A stretch of 62,054 nucleotides of DNA, filler included, from Choristocarpus tenellus KU-1152 (lineage: Eukaryota; Protista; Phaeophyceae): assembly GCA_964200185.2 (NCBI GenBank). It is 10 parts of 10 records of this genome, joined end to end, with 100 filler letters (N's around TTAATTAATTAA, not from the genome) between each part and the next. Parts side by side here need not be neighbours in the genome. Positions count along the whole stretch, not along the records: positions 35,797 to 40,017 come from CAXNAD020015615.1; positions 40,118 to 42,909 come from CAXNAD020024708.1; positions 43,010 to 53,150 come from CAXNAD020003129.1; 7 more parts are not named here. One strand, 5' to 3'. Both the position numbers and the translations under genes were made by a program. The notes beneath the pieces were generated by a model, which was not told the origin of the DNA, did not search any database, and worked only from the letters and a program-made list of their open reading frames with translations. This document shows positions 38,901-51,578 of the stretch, piece after piece (positions within the stretch are counted from its first letter, which is position 1; each line of letters opens with the position of its first letter).

Positions 38901-40017
38901 TGTCGTATTTTTTCCTTCGTAATGGCTTACTATATCGTTCGTATTTACCAGGCCACCTTCGTAAGAGGAGCCGTTTAGAGATCAGTTGGTCGTTCCTCAC
39001 TCGTTAGTCCGTCTTGTACTCCATGCCTGGCATGACCATGCATTGTCTGGAGGCAGCTTAGGTTTCAAACCCACGTTCGATAAGGTTAGAGACTCGTATT
39101 GGTGATCAACATTCAATATCGACGTTCGAACATGGTGTCTGGATTGTCAAGCATGCCAAACGCGTAAGACTCCTCATAAGAAACCTACGCTTCGCACTGG
39201 CCATACGCCTTTTGACAGACTATTTCAACGTGTTGCTATTGATTTGGTAGAGTACAAAGCACGTTCCCCAGTAGCAAATGGTGTAATGTGCTCGTATGTG
39301 TTGTCTGCCATTGAACCCCTCACTCGTTTTGTTGTGCTGAGCCCTATTTCAAATAAAGAGGCCGCAACAATTACTCGTACGCTGGTAGAACGTGCATTTT
39401 TAGTTTTGATCTACCCGAGTTGTTAAAATCCGATCAAGGTACCGAATTTGAAAACAGTATTGTTGCAGAGTTGCAGTCTCCCTTTGGTTACAAGAAAAAA
39501 CAAAACCACACCGTGTTACCCCCAAGGAAATTCTGTGTTAGAGAGAGTACATGTTAGGTGACATTCTATGCTAGCAATGTGTATCTCTGTTGCTGGGGAA
39601 CTGGGCATCATTATTGCCTTTCGTACAGTTAGCCCATTAGACAGCATTCTGTACAAAGTTGCATGAAATCTGTTTTTCCTTCTGTTTGGAAGACAAGCTC
39701 GTTTTTACCTATTGACTTTATCCTTGGTTTGTCTAATGCTGATTCAGATGTAACTACTGAAGAGTTTACTCAGCAAACCAAAGATAATTTATAGCTTGCT
39801 TTTGAGTTGGCACATCGTAATCTCCATGAACACGTTAAAAACCAGGAGAGTGTCAACCAACGTCTCATGTTCCCCATTTTCGTACCTGGTGATCAAGTTC
39901 TAGTCCATAAGCCACATAAGAGTACTGGTGGTCCGAATCCAAAGTTTTTTCACCCTTGGAGGGGTCCGTATGAAGTACATTCTAAGGTATCACCCATCGT
40001 ATACAGGGTAGTGCTAC
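35990..40017 (+). mobile_element. Degraded Ty3/gypsy pol (protease, RT, RNase H, integrase with GPY/F), related to the copy at 12790-15326
   Basis: FRTVNGSRL..ILLDNSVMQAFGAILDW; ASPWDSPVTIVAKSDGSPRFFVDYR; CDIQSAYWQIP; IVHVDASESG; WCLDCQAC; RVAIDLVEY; SDQGTEF; WRGPYEV. Confidence 0.92.
36317..36574. mobile_element. MITE family A subfamily, complete 258-bp copy in the gypsy protease region
   Basis: TIRs aagtcaaagtatcttagagggtagag / ctcttaccctctaagatactttcactc with subterminal tccatttgg/ccaaatgga. The flank duplication is TCC (or an eroded TCCC); removal restores VEALVTPQLDPDKILL. Confidence 0.85.
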
Positions 40018-40526
40018 NNNNNNNNNNNNNNNNNNNNNNNNNNNNNNNNNNNNNNNNNNNNTTAATTAATTAANNNNNNNNNNNNNNNNNNNNNNNNNNN
40101 NNNNNNNNNNNNNNNNNGCGACGATAGCAATAATTGATAAACAATTTAATAATATGGGAAAATAACACTTCTTCTCAGTCAATCAACCATCCATAATGAC
40201 AATGAAATGCCGCCCCGAAAAAAGCTACTTCAAAGTAATATTTTTTTCTACCCACCTCCACCATCGACAGTCAAACGACTCCACCGACCGCACTAATTAT
40301 TCAAGCAAGCAATCCAATGCAGGGCATACATGTGCACGACGATCAAACGAAATCATTGCCGCCCCCCACACAGTCCCGCTACTACCTTGGGCATGGGTTC
40401 CCATTCAAAAAGGGGTCCTTAAAAAGTGCCGCAACATTTACAAAAAAACATATGGACACTTTCCGTGCACCATTTTGGGTCAAACTCATCCTCCATAGTA
40501 TGCACCATCCTCAATTTTGGTGAGAG

Positions 40527-40791
40527 AACAGCGGATTTTTAAAATTGAGGATGGAGCTTTTCATTGAAGATGGGCTTGACCCAACATTGACTAGAAGAAA
40601 GTACCGATATATATATTTTTGTATTATGTGTGTGATATTACAAAAAAAAACATATCAGTACTTTCTTCTAGTCAATTTTGGGTCTTGCTCATTCTCTCCC
40701 CCCTTCTCCACCCTCCTTTTTCTAAGTCCGTTGTTAGTGTCNNNNNNNNNNCAATGAAAAGCTCCATCATCATTTTTTTAAATCCGCTGTT
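40527..40791. mobile_element. MITE family B copy (AACAG...CTGTT, TSD AGAG), nested in the right TIR of an older family-B copy ending at 40801
   Basis: Long TIR aacagcggatttttaaaattgaggatggagcttttcattg and its inverse, with AGAG on both sides. The flanks rejoin as ccatcctcaattttggtgagaggctgtt, an older B end. Contains a 10-N gap. Confidence 0.75.
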
Positions 40792-41055
40792 AGAGGCTGT
40801 TACTTGTTGTCTCCCCTGTTTACACCCCATCCTCACCATAGAAGTTCGATAGTATATTGTTATGGTTGTTGAACGGGAGACACAGTAGTACTGGGATTAT
40901 TGCCCCAATAATATCGTTGCAGCTTGCAACGTGTTTGTTGAAGCGAGTGTGGTTCTCCAACGAGGTGGTGGAATGCTGAAAACAAAACGTAAAGATATGA
41001 TCGTGATAAGAGCTGCAGGGACAAAACACATGAGAAAAGGATGTTGCAGACATAT

Positions 41056-41184
41056 AACAGCCGATTTCAAAAATTGAGGATGGAGCTTTTAACAAAAAAC
41101 ATATCTACACTTTCTTCTAGTCAATTTTGGGTCAAGTCCATCCTCAATGAAAAGCTCCATACTCAATTTTTTACATCGGCTGTT
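41056..41184. mobile_element. MITE family B, 129-bp internally deleted copy with TSD ATAT
   Basis: aacagccgatttcaaaaattgaggatggagctttt ... aaaagctccatactcaattttttacatcggctgtt, flanked by ATAT on both sides. Confidence 0.8.
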
Positions 41185-43153
41185 ATATCCAGAAAAGAGA
41201 AGATAGACTCTATTCCCACATGAGATGAGGAATAGATACCACTGCAGCAACAAAGTCAGGGGACAGACCATACTCCCACCTCAGCCAACCTGGTTTCGTT
41301 TATTAGAGTGTAGATCCCCCGCACCTCCCATTGCTAACGTTTTTCCAGGCGCCAAAAGTCCTTACACTGATGTGACCACATAGAGCTGGAACGACACTCT
41401 CACATTGTTGATTTCTAGTGGCAGGAAGTAGGTTCCCCACAGCTTGTTTTAGTCGGGGTGATTGCCTACAAATCACACTTTCTGGCACCTGGAGAGGGGC
41501 CTCATTGTATTGCAAACAATGAGCGCAAACAGAGGGCCAAGGAGTATCACACCACTAACAACAATCTGTCGCTGAGTTCCAAGTCCAATCAAAATATCCC
41601 TATGGTTCAGTGCTGGCACCAAAAGCTGGATTCTCCGTTGATAGGGTTCATTATAGCTTTCACCACAGCTTTATCGATTAATTGGACGAACTTGGGCATG
41701 CCTGACCGTGATCCCAACCCTCTACCACACCCTAACCCTAACCCTGCGTACCACACTTTTGCGAAAGACCTCAGATTCATCAAAAAAAAAGCAGCTGTGA
41801 AAGGTACATCCTTTCATCAGTCTGGGCGGCCTGTCCTGTGGCCTGGACATGTTGAAACAGTTGGCAGTTGACAACCATTGACTGAACCCTGTTGAACCAA
41901 CAACAAAACATGCTACGGATTCAAATTGATACTCCACTAAACTACTACTATGTACCCCAACTAAAACAAGAAACCCCTCTGGTATTATGGGTCACTGTAT
42001 ATATCAATCCAGTACTAGATAGGTGTTTCAATCTCCAGGCTATTTTGGACTAAGAAGTGTATTCTCAGAAGGAGTGGTATCAGCCAGCATTCCAATATAT
42101 TTCGTTTGTAGTACTAAACAGGAAACAAAGATGGAATGAACGATCTTGGTATGAACTATGATATAGTATTGGTTATGAAATAGAGAGAGAGATGTCACTA
42201 CTTGTTGTGAAGAACAAGTCAGCAACACCAACAGTTACAAAGCAAACATCAATACAGCAGTAATAACAAGCTTCAGCCATCAAACAGGCCATGGATTCCT
42301 TCAGTCGTCCATGCACAATCTCGTCTTTGTAGGGGTAAGTATTTGCAGTCAACCTGCTATCTTCTCTTCTCCATGTCTGTCCAATTGTTACGTGGCAGGG
42401 AGTTCTATCAAGTCGGGTTTAGCTTAAAATTCAGGAGGGAAGAAGCCAAGCTCATTCCTGTACTTCCGTAATGGAGACAGCAAAGACACCCTTTTCCCCT
42501 ATCACCACCCACCTAAACGATCTAGGCAGCCATTTTGGAGTAGAGAAAAAATACACATTTGTGGAAGAATATCAAATATCCTCAGTGGGGCCAACTTGAA
42601 TGACCCCACAAAGTGAGCGTAAAAAACAAATCTTCCACCATAAAGTACAAACTTTAACAAGACAAAAGCAATATCCTCCTGCCCCATAAACAATGAAATT
42701 CAAGTTGATGAGGGGGTTAGTGGGTGAGTGTTCACCTCAGGTACTAATATTATAATCTGTACCTGGCACTGGCTAAGGTGTATTGTACACCCAAAATAAA
42801 TGACAAAAAGTTATGTCTATAGAGCCCAACAGTTTGATGGGCGGGGGGTGGTTATGGAGGGGGTGCATATAAGCCAGCCTGACCGTCACAAATAAAGACC
42901 TAGCTACAGNNNNNNNNNNNNNNNNNNNNNNNNNNNNNNNNNNNNNNNNNNNNTTAATTAATTAANNNNNNNNNNNNNNNNNNNNNNNNNNNNNNNNNNN
43001 NNNNNNNNNATTCCTAATAATAAACACCAAAAAAATGCTCTTATCTTTTTTCGCCATCAGTCACCCCCCCCCCCCCCCCTCCTCCTTTCTGCACAAACAT
43101 GCTTTTCCATCACTACAATGGCCAACTTGCTCTGTTCACATCTTAACTGACAG

Positions 43154-44277
43154 TTACCTATCGGCAAGTGCAAAGGTTGCAGCTGGGTTTGCACTACGAG
43201 GTGATAGGCTTGGCACTACCCTGTGGCCTGGCAGCCTCTTTGGTGACCCCAAAGTGTCCGGGCTTGCTGATATATTCTCAGCTCCTCGTCTTTGCAAGCA
43301 GCCCGGGGTCCCTATTCCTTCATGCTCGGCTGACAGGCAATGTCCAACTCCCCGACGATTTCAATATCGTGTAGTTGCTAAGTGCCGTGTTCTCAAAGGC
43401 CAAGGGGCACTTGAGGTGAGGGGGGAGAGGATTGAGAGGGGATGTAGGGGGGGGGAGTTGTGTTAGTTGTTTGAAGGTCTCCATTTTTAGGGTTGTAAAC
43501 TTAATTTGTGCCTTGTATATTTCATGGGGACTTGGGGTGTGTTGTGTACACTAAGGTTGAATGTGTAGTTGCAATTGGTGGGTCTGGACGTCTATGGTAA
43601 GGCATTGGCATTGCTCTGTTAGGGATTATCTTTGCTCATTGCAGTACAGTCCTGGATTTTTTTTTTTCAGTTGTGTCTGTCAAGGCTCAGTTGTTTGTGA
43701 AGATAGTTGTTTGTGAAGAACCACGCCAAATGTATAGTGGGATCTAAAGTCTTTTGTGATCGTTTCTTTGATTACATGCCCACCCAATGGTGTTTGTCGT
43801 TTTTCAGTGGGATATACTTGGTTCTTGACTGCTGTATACACAGCAATAAATAAATTACAAACATGTGGGTATAGGGTTGGAGCTACTAATGTATGTGCTT
43901 CATGCTGTTGCAAGAGAGGCCTGGTAGTGTCTGACTAAACCAAAGGGGATACTCCTGCACTGCCATCTCTTGGGCAAGGACTGTTGTTTGACTATGATGC
44001 CTTTGAAGTAATAGGGACACCCAAAACCGAACGTATGTTTTTTTTCTGTTTATCCAGATCACATAATTAGAATACAGAATTACACGACATGATTTTTTTT
44101 TTTGGTAGGCAGGATTTCCTTGAACGAAAACATTGCTTGATGAACAGCAAGTTGGTGTGCACACTCAAAGGTTTTCCTTTTGAGAAAAGGGATGCCACGA
44201 GCTGTCATGTGGTTAACTATACAGTATATGGGTCTTGGCTATTCAGCAGATATTCTGAACTATTTACTGGCACAGGG
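43154..44277 (+). CDS. Two putative internal exons (43154-43415, 44113-44277) of an unidentified protein
   Basis: Open, protein-like frames bounded by cag|...|gtgagg and cag|...|gtaact that join in phase 0. No motif recognised. Confidence 0.4.
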
Positions 44278-47087
44278 GTAACTATTGTCTTCTGCCTAGT
44301 GTTCAAATGGATTTTGCTTGAGTGTTGAGCCAGCCACCCTTCAGTATTTGTATGTGTGGGTGTGTGGGTGTGGGTGTGTGTTATGAGTTGTAGTGATTGA
44401 ATCACTACAGTCCGATTAAATCAAATCCGTTCATAAAAAAACAAAATCGAGAGGTGATCTCTGATTGGTCATTTCTCGAGCGTTTTGCTCACTGAGCTTG
44501 GCAACCACACGCCTCAATTTGTACACTGCATACATGTTTTGATTGTAGTAGAGCACTCCTATATGGTTCGACTTTCAATTTGCAATAAAACTGTTCTGAG
44601 AACATTCAGATCACTTTTCCAACTCATTCATGTAGTATTCAAACACCCTGGAATACACCAACTCACATTATTTTATTATGGTGAACCAACATAGTGGAGT
44701 TTACGTGTAAGGAGGCCTTTTTGTCCTGTTGGGATTGTCACCTCAGAGTCGTTCGTGAAGAGCAGCCAGTTATTTGTATACATGTCTTCGAAGAGCTCGT
44801 TCAATGTCCCAGCACACATGTATGTATGATTATGTGTTGCTTGACTTGCACCTGGCCAATCAAACTCTCACCTTCATCATCTGTTCATGTAGGTGTAGAA
44901 TACATGCACATAGTTCCCTGTCTATCGACATTGCTTTCCGTCATGTTACAGATCGTACCTCTTCGTGGATATTGAAGAGCATCATAAGCCTGGCTTACTG
45001 AGCTCCAAAGTTAACATTCCTAAGAGATAGTACTATTATTAAGTTCTACAACTACTGCAGTGTATAGAATTTGATTGGTCGGTGTGCTGAGGTTGTCTTT
45101 CTCACAGTTTATGACTCTATCACCCTTCAAGATTGTGGTCAGTTCCTTCTTACTGCATAGCAACCGGCTATGTAGCAACAAAGAGTGCACTTGAAGGACA
45201 CAAGGCAATACCCCGTCTCACCCAACCTCCCATTTCTATTTTGTCGGTGACCCTCCTGTTGGGGTGATGCAGTTACCACAACTACACAGAAACCAAGAGG
45301 GAACTTACTTTGTTGTCTCAGATGAGACAAGGGTCAGGGTGGAGGCGTTCTTGCTCTTCCATGATCCGATTGCATTAGGGAGGAACAGAGTTGATACTGT
45401 CGGGAGGGACATGAAGGTGGGGGGCAGTAACAATAGTTCCAGGGGTGGAAAGAACTGGGTGTTTGGAATAGGTGACAACACAAGATGGGGTTTGAGGAGG
45501 CAACAAGAGGAGTTAGGAAGACAATCGACTGGAGAGACAGGGAGAGTTGAGCCTGATACAGGAGAGGGTAGAGAGGGAAATGGGAAGGGAAGGTTGGCAT
45601 GGCATAGGGAGACCAGACTAGGATTACCTGGGTGTTTGTATTGGGCTGTGGCTTTCTTGGCATTCCTGGCAGTGTGGGTGGGGGGGTTGAGAAGAGTGGA
45701 GTAGGTGGGACAGGTGCTGAATAATGGAAGAGAGATGGGAATGTGAAGTAAGGTGGTTGTTGTTGAGATGGCATGCAGGGAGTGTTCTGTCGTGAGACAG
45801 TGGCATTTTTCCGGGTGCCCTTTTGTGATAGCGACTGTTTTCTTATTTGCGGGATCTACTTGCAAATAAGCTTGGTGAGTTTTGGTTGTGAGAGATAGTT
45901 CCGATGTGTGGTACTGTAGGTGGGTGATAGGTTGAGGTAGGTTGATTGGGTGAAATTGTGTTGTGTTAGGCTTAGTGTGTGTGTATTTATGTTCTTTTCG
46001 GGGGTGTGCTTGATTGGTTGATGAGTGGATCAACTCACCATTCACTGTGTACTTGGGTATATCTAGAAGGTGCCAGGTCTGCATGAGTGCTTTGCAACAG
46101 TAGAGTAGTAGAAATAGTAAGAAGAATATGCTAGTAGTAGACTAAATTATCAAAGCCAAAAACTTTTTTTTTCCTATACTAATATATTATATACCCACCA
46201 ACATCATCATTGGTACCGATTCACAATTTGGTATTCTACCTGTGATGGGATGAGATTTGAGAGCAAGTCAACACCAGGTACAATAAGGTACAATAAGTCT
46301 CATCACAAGGTATGTGGCATTCTGACTCTAGGTCCCACTGCCATTCTGGCTATTGCTTGGTTCTAGTTTGGACCTCGGCAATATATTGTTCTACAATCTG
46401 ATACACACAAACATTTAAGCATACTCCCATGCCAAAAAAAAGAAAAGTGTGCCTCCTCCCATCCTTCGCGCTCCTCTCGATATTCAATGTGTCAGCACCT
46501 ATGCCTTCCTTCTGAGAGTTGTAGATTCTGTATGTCCTCTATTGGGGAGTTCAGTTTTGCTCTCTAAACTCAATCATGGTCTCTTGTGGAAAGCTGACAA
46601 CCAACTTGTATGCATAGTACCTGTCTTTTTCTTATTTTTCCAAATGACTTCTACAGTGTTTACAAGAAATTTCCTGGAGTACAAATCGCTTCACTAAATA
46701 ATAAATAGAAAATGCCAGCATGTGTATGCCCTAGAGAGAAGATTTTGCTCCACCGGTAACCATAGAGCTGTCTTACTGCATGTTTTTAATAGCAGAAGTC
46801 CTTTTCTTCTACTGTAAATGTTTGTAGCACTCTTTTGATGTCAACACATCAAGAGATAGTTGCACTGAACAAGTAGAACTCTCCTGGAACAGACCCTGTG
46901 GGCTATTCACTTGTATGGTTCATAAGAATGCCTGCAAAATACTGAGTTCACGTTTTCAGTTGTGGATCAAGATATTATTATTATTATTAAAACAAGGAAA
47001 TACATTGTACCACGGTGGGTGCTCATCAATTACCACTGTGCTTGGTATGTGTGAGGTGAGGTGTACCGTAAAGTCACAGAGAAGAAA

Positions 47088-47091
<4 letters not shown>

Positions 47092-47119
<28 letters not shown>
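47092..47119. repeat. (AT)n microsatellite
   Basis: Uninterrupted atatat run. Confidence 0.9.
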
Positions 47120-47122
<3 letters not shown>

Positions 47123-48120
47123 CAAGACAATACTTAGTTCGTTGAGCTCCCTGTATTTCTGTTAATATAGTACCGTACATATCGTAAAGGATGTTGTATA
47201 TCTTGGATTGGCTACAGAGCTCTGCAATACGCTACAGCGCAGTGCACTACCCCTATTCAAGTGCGTGCGACTGGGGAGGAAAGACCAGATCGAGTGCACC
47301 CGGCCAACTCAGGTAACGTGTAACTGATGGACTGATGGTCACGTGCAAAGAATAAAAGGGACAGGCTGGAGAAGTACACCGACGACTACACTGACTGCTC
47401 AAGACACACAATCATTGTGCTGTTTGTCCATATCCTTCCCCCTCTGCATTCTTATGATTTTCTGATCAAGACCACCATTGGTGCCATTGTAATTTCTGAA
47501 AAAAAAAAAAATCAGATTGCATTTTTTAAAAACAAAAAGATTGTAAGCACAGAAGGCGTTCGAAGCCGCCCCAGCCGCCGAATATGAAGTCTCCCCTTGA
47601 TTAGAGGAAATAAAGAGAAATAAAGAGACTGCAAGAAAGTAAGTAATGAATTTGGTCACAAAACGTTAGAGACCACCCATCCTACGGCACACCAACCCTG
47701 TCTATATCTCCTCTAAATTATACGTTGGGTAATGCCTCCAAACACCCTCACCTGCATCAAAACTAGGTTCTACCACACAATTCTCTCCCCTTATTGGGCC
47801 CACTCCTCGATCATGCCTCCCTCATTGACGATCTCTCAAAACAATAGTCATCCATGCTTCACCCCGGGTCCCTACACGTCAAGGGAAATTGTATCGAAAC
47901 TGTGAAATATAGGTAGTCTAGGTAGTCACTAGAGTCTTACGTGTTTATAATGTACCTTTATTGCCAAAAGTGCAAGTGCGGGTGATCTTTTCTCAGTAGT
48001 TTATATTGCACAGAAACCTCATCCAATTCCTTTCTGGAGAGGTCGACAAAATAGAATCCCAACCACAGGACAAGCAAGCTGTTAACTGAATGCCCAACAG
48101 GAACAACTGTTATTTAGTCC

Positions 48121-50093
48121 TCAATGTCCCTCCAGTGGCTCCACCTCAACCACAGCTTCTAGCTCAACTTGAATGTTGAGTGGGAGTCTGTTTGACCCAA
48201 CAGCAGAGCGAGCATGGACTCCCTTCTCCCCAAACACCTGGAGGGGAGGGTAGAGTTTGTGAGGTACATGCTACCTTGGTATGGTTGCAGTACCACTGAA
48301 GTTGGCACTGTTCTAGTATCACGACCCTAAGTGTATCTTAGACTTGATGTGGCGGAAAAGTAGAATTGACCTATTGATTGTGTATTAGTTTTCAACACAG
48401 TCCCAGCGGGGCATTATACCAGGGATGAATTCACTGAATCAACACAGGGAAGGGTTGGTTGGTTGAGTAACACAAGATGAATGTAGGGATTTATAGTCCA
48501 TAGAGTGCTTGATTAATGACTACGGAGGATGATATGAAAGAGGAACATATGCACCAAGAGAAGCACCAAAATGTCACACTGAGGCAAAATGTTACGTTCA
48601 CACTGTAACACCATACATCCCTCAATTTGGGCATAAAGATGTCAACTGGTTCCACCCCAACCGTTCACTCTTATATAGCACGGAAAAGAGGGGAAGGGAC
48701 TCGAACTATTTCCTTGGGGCCCTCTTGTTTGCTGCTGCCATAGACATGAGAGGTGACCTTGGGGGGATATCATACATGTTATGCACATATGGTTTATACT
48801 TTAGTTCTTCAGTTGCAAGCTGAAAGAACAAGTAAAGATGTGCCTGGTCTTCACAGATAAAAGACGGCATTTCAAAACCTTACACCTAAATTCTTGTTAG
48901 CTATGGTTTGGTGTTGTTGTGTTAGCTGCTGCAATCAATTGGGACTCTCACCTCCACAAGGAGGTCACTGGCACCATTAATGATGGAAGGCTGTCCACCA
49001 AAACCATCCACACAGTTCACAAATCCTAAAAGTTTGACAACCTTCTTAACGCGATCCAGGTCACCGATCTCCTCTAACAGTATCAGGATGATCCCGAAAT
49101 TGATTCCACAATGGAGGGTGCCAGGATTCGAAGAGGGCAGGAGTAGGTCAGGTAAACGTCAAATTGCTTGTATTTCCACTGCAGCTCCACTTAAGCCCAT
49201 GTACAGAATTGGCGATAGGGTCTCAATTAAAGTGTAACAACGGACAGGACTAAGAGAGGTTTGAGTTGAAGTTTGAGCAATGCGTCATCAGGGGAGGCGG
49301 CATCTCTAACAGAAATGGATTTTGGAAGTATCCTTTGGGTATCAAAGACTGTTGGGTTTCCTGTGATAGAAGTCCTCCATGTTGATACCACTTACTCTTT
49401 AGGGTTGCGAGCATGTTCACTGTCGTTAGGCGTGCCGCCTTCTTGGCCTCCTCCACATCAACATCTTCCCCCACCTGCATCAGCACGTCCGGATGGTGAT
49501 GGCTCAGATCACACCTAGCGGCTCATGGTACTTCCATCATTTTCTGAAGGTACGGAGATTGTTACTCTACCAAGGTCATGCTGAAACACTAACGAATATC
49601 TGGGAAAGGAGATGAAACGAGAAATGGATATGTCCAAGCTGACATATTACATACAACTCGGAGAGTACAAAGACGCGACGACGAGAAACCACGTAAAGGA
49701 CAATGGGAAAATTTGGTAGACGACATGTACTTGTTGTCAATCTCTAAGACATTGTTGTACACACCCGTCCACGCATCAGTACCCCATCAGGCTTCATAGG
49801 TATGTGACCGGACACGTACAGCAGGTCATCCACACGAGTACATATTGTGTAGCTCCCTGTATGATATGGCGAATCCAAGACGACCGGGGGAGGGGGGGAG
49901 GGTGAAATCACAGGAGGAAGATGTCCCATTGAACATGCAAATCTCCAAAGTCTGGCATTCCCTCACCCTGAGGGGGAACAGGCACGGGAGGAAGAACAAT
50001 GCCCAAGGACTCAATCCTGGCCTCAGTGTGCACAGAGCGCAGTACTATTGGCAAAGCCGGTCGACCCAGGGCACCCCTCAATTGTCGAATCAT
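48121..50093 (-). CDS. Rid1-type YjgF/YER057c/UK114 (RidA superfamily) imine deaminase-like protein, paralogue 1, 5 exons, ~178 aa, with a mitochondrial-like presequence
   Basis: Exons 50093-49967, 49856-49765, 49474-49396, 49073-48952, 48237-48121. Product: MIRQLRGALGRPALPIVLRSVHTEARIESLGIVLP...LLYVSGHIP...GDLDRVKKVVKLLGFVN...[38 protein letters not shown]. The catalytic Arg (HARS) is kept. Confidence 0.93.
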
Positions 50094-50276
50094 GGTAGGA
50101 TTAGTATAGTAGTAGTAGAAGGTGGATTGTCCTCTCTCTCAGAACGAACTATGTGCAGCCACTGGGCACTACTGGGTGCTATGGAGCAACTACAAAGGAT
50201 GGAACTAACCACCAAACCCAACAATTCACATGTCACTCAACAAAACTTGAAAAGCTGTACCAGATACTGCACAGCA
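50094..50276. promoter_or_regulatory. Probable bidirectional promoter and 5' UTRs shared by the two Rid genes (183 bp between ATGs)
   Basis: Divergent start codons at 50093 (-) and 50277 (+); little room for independent promoters. Confidence 0.6.
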
Positions 50277-51578
50277 ATGATGTTCGGACGTATTCCCAAA
50301 GCAGTAAGACCCGTCGCCCAGGCTTTTCATCGAAGCGTTCATGTAGAAGCTAAGCTGGCAAAGCTTGGACTCGAACTTCCCACACCCAAGCCTCCTTTGG
50401 GTGAGAGAAACAATCGCATGAGGAGGTCAGCGCACAGGAGCATCATTATATCAAGGGAGGAGTTGAATTTTCCGCGCTTTTCTAAGCACTGAGATCTTCT
50501 TTCTATTGAAATGACGTATAGAGGCTACTGATTATGGTCGTAGTTTATGCATCACAAATTTACTGATTATGGAGATGAGCTGCAACTTTGATCAAGTTTT
50601 GCTGGCTTTTGCTGGTCGCACTTGCACTTGCACTTGCATTTCTGCTGACTTCCTGTAAAAATGTCATTAGGTAGCTTCAGCCTTTGCTCACGCTCCGGTA
50701 ATATGCTATACACGGCTGGTCACCTACCCTTGGATGTTGCCGGTAACCTCATGACTGGAAAGGTGAGTGGGTCTCTCCACAGGTCTCACCAACTCGTGAG
50801 GATCACAGGTAGGTTTAAAAGCCCCAGCATTTTTCCACATTCTCAACTACAGGCAGTGTTCCTCTGTTGAAGGACGTATCATAACCGTGTTTCCCTTGTG
50901 ACCCCGAATCTGGGTCTTCGGGGAGATGCTTACAAGTTGTGTTATGTTGTTTTTTCCAGGAGAACCAATAATAGGCATTACTGCATCCTTGATTTTGTTA
51001 TCTGACCCTCAGCTGTACTTATCATCTAGGCAAACTATCAAGTTTTTATGACATAGTAGGAAGTATGCAACTGCTCTCTGGTGCAGGTTTGCTTTCGGAC
51101 CTCCCCAGAACCTCGCAAATCATCCCATCTCCCAACAACACACCTCAGGTGGGTCAAGAAGTGAGCGAAGAGGAGGCGCATCGTGCTGCACAGCTTGTTG
51201 CTCTAAACCTTATCGCAACATTAAAGAGTGAGTGCGTGTCTGCGTAGGATGTTCCTTCCTTCCCCTCAACAAGGAGTCCCTTGTATCCGTCTACCTCTGC
51301 CATGATACGTGTTTGGTAACCGTGATTACCATCCCTTGCCTCCTCAAAAGTCATACAACAATCCTCACCAAATTTTTGGATTGCCTCTCTCCAGATACAG
51401 ACGTCCACATATTTCACTCTACTACTTGTATTTTGACGTTTAATCCCGATATCCAGAGGAGCTTGGCGACCTGGATCGTGTGAAGAAGGTAGTTAAACTT
51501 CTTGGGTTTGTCAACTGTGTGGACTCTTTCAGTGGGCAGCCTGGGGTCATCAACGGTGCCAGCAACATGATGGGTGAC
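50277..51578 (+). CDS. Rid1-type YjgF family protein, paralogue 2; last exon not found before the contig end
   Basis: Exons 50277-50400, 50671-50762, 51149-51227, 51457-51578. Product: MMFGRIPKAVRPVAQAFHRSVHVEAKLAKLGLELP...MLYTAGHLP...GDLDRVKKVVKLLGFVNCVDSFSGQPGVINGASN. Internal exon sizes 92/79/122 are identical to paralogue 1. Confidence 0.9.
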
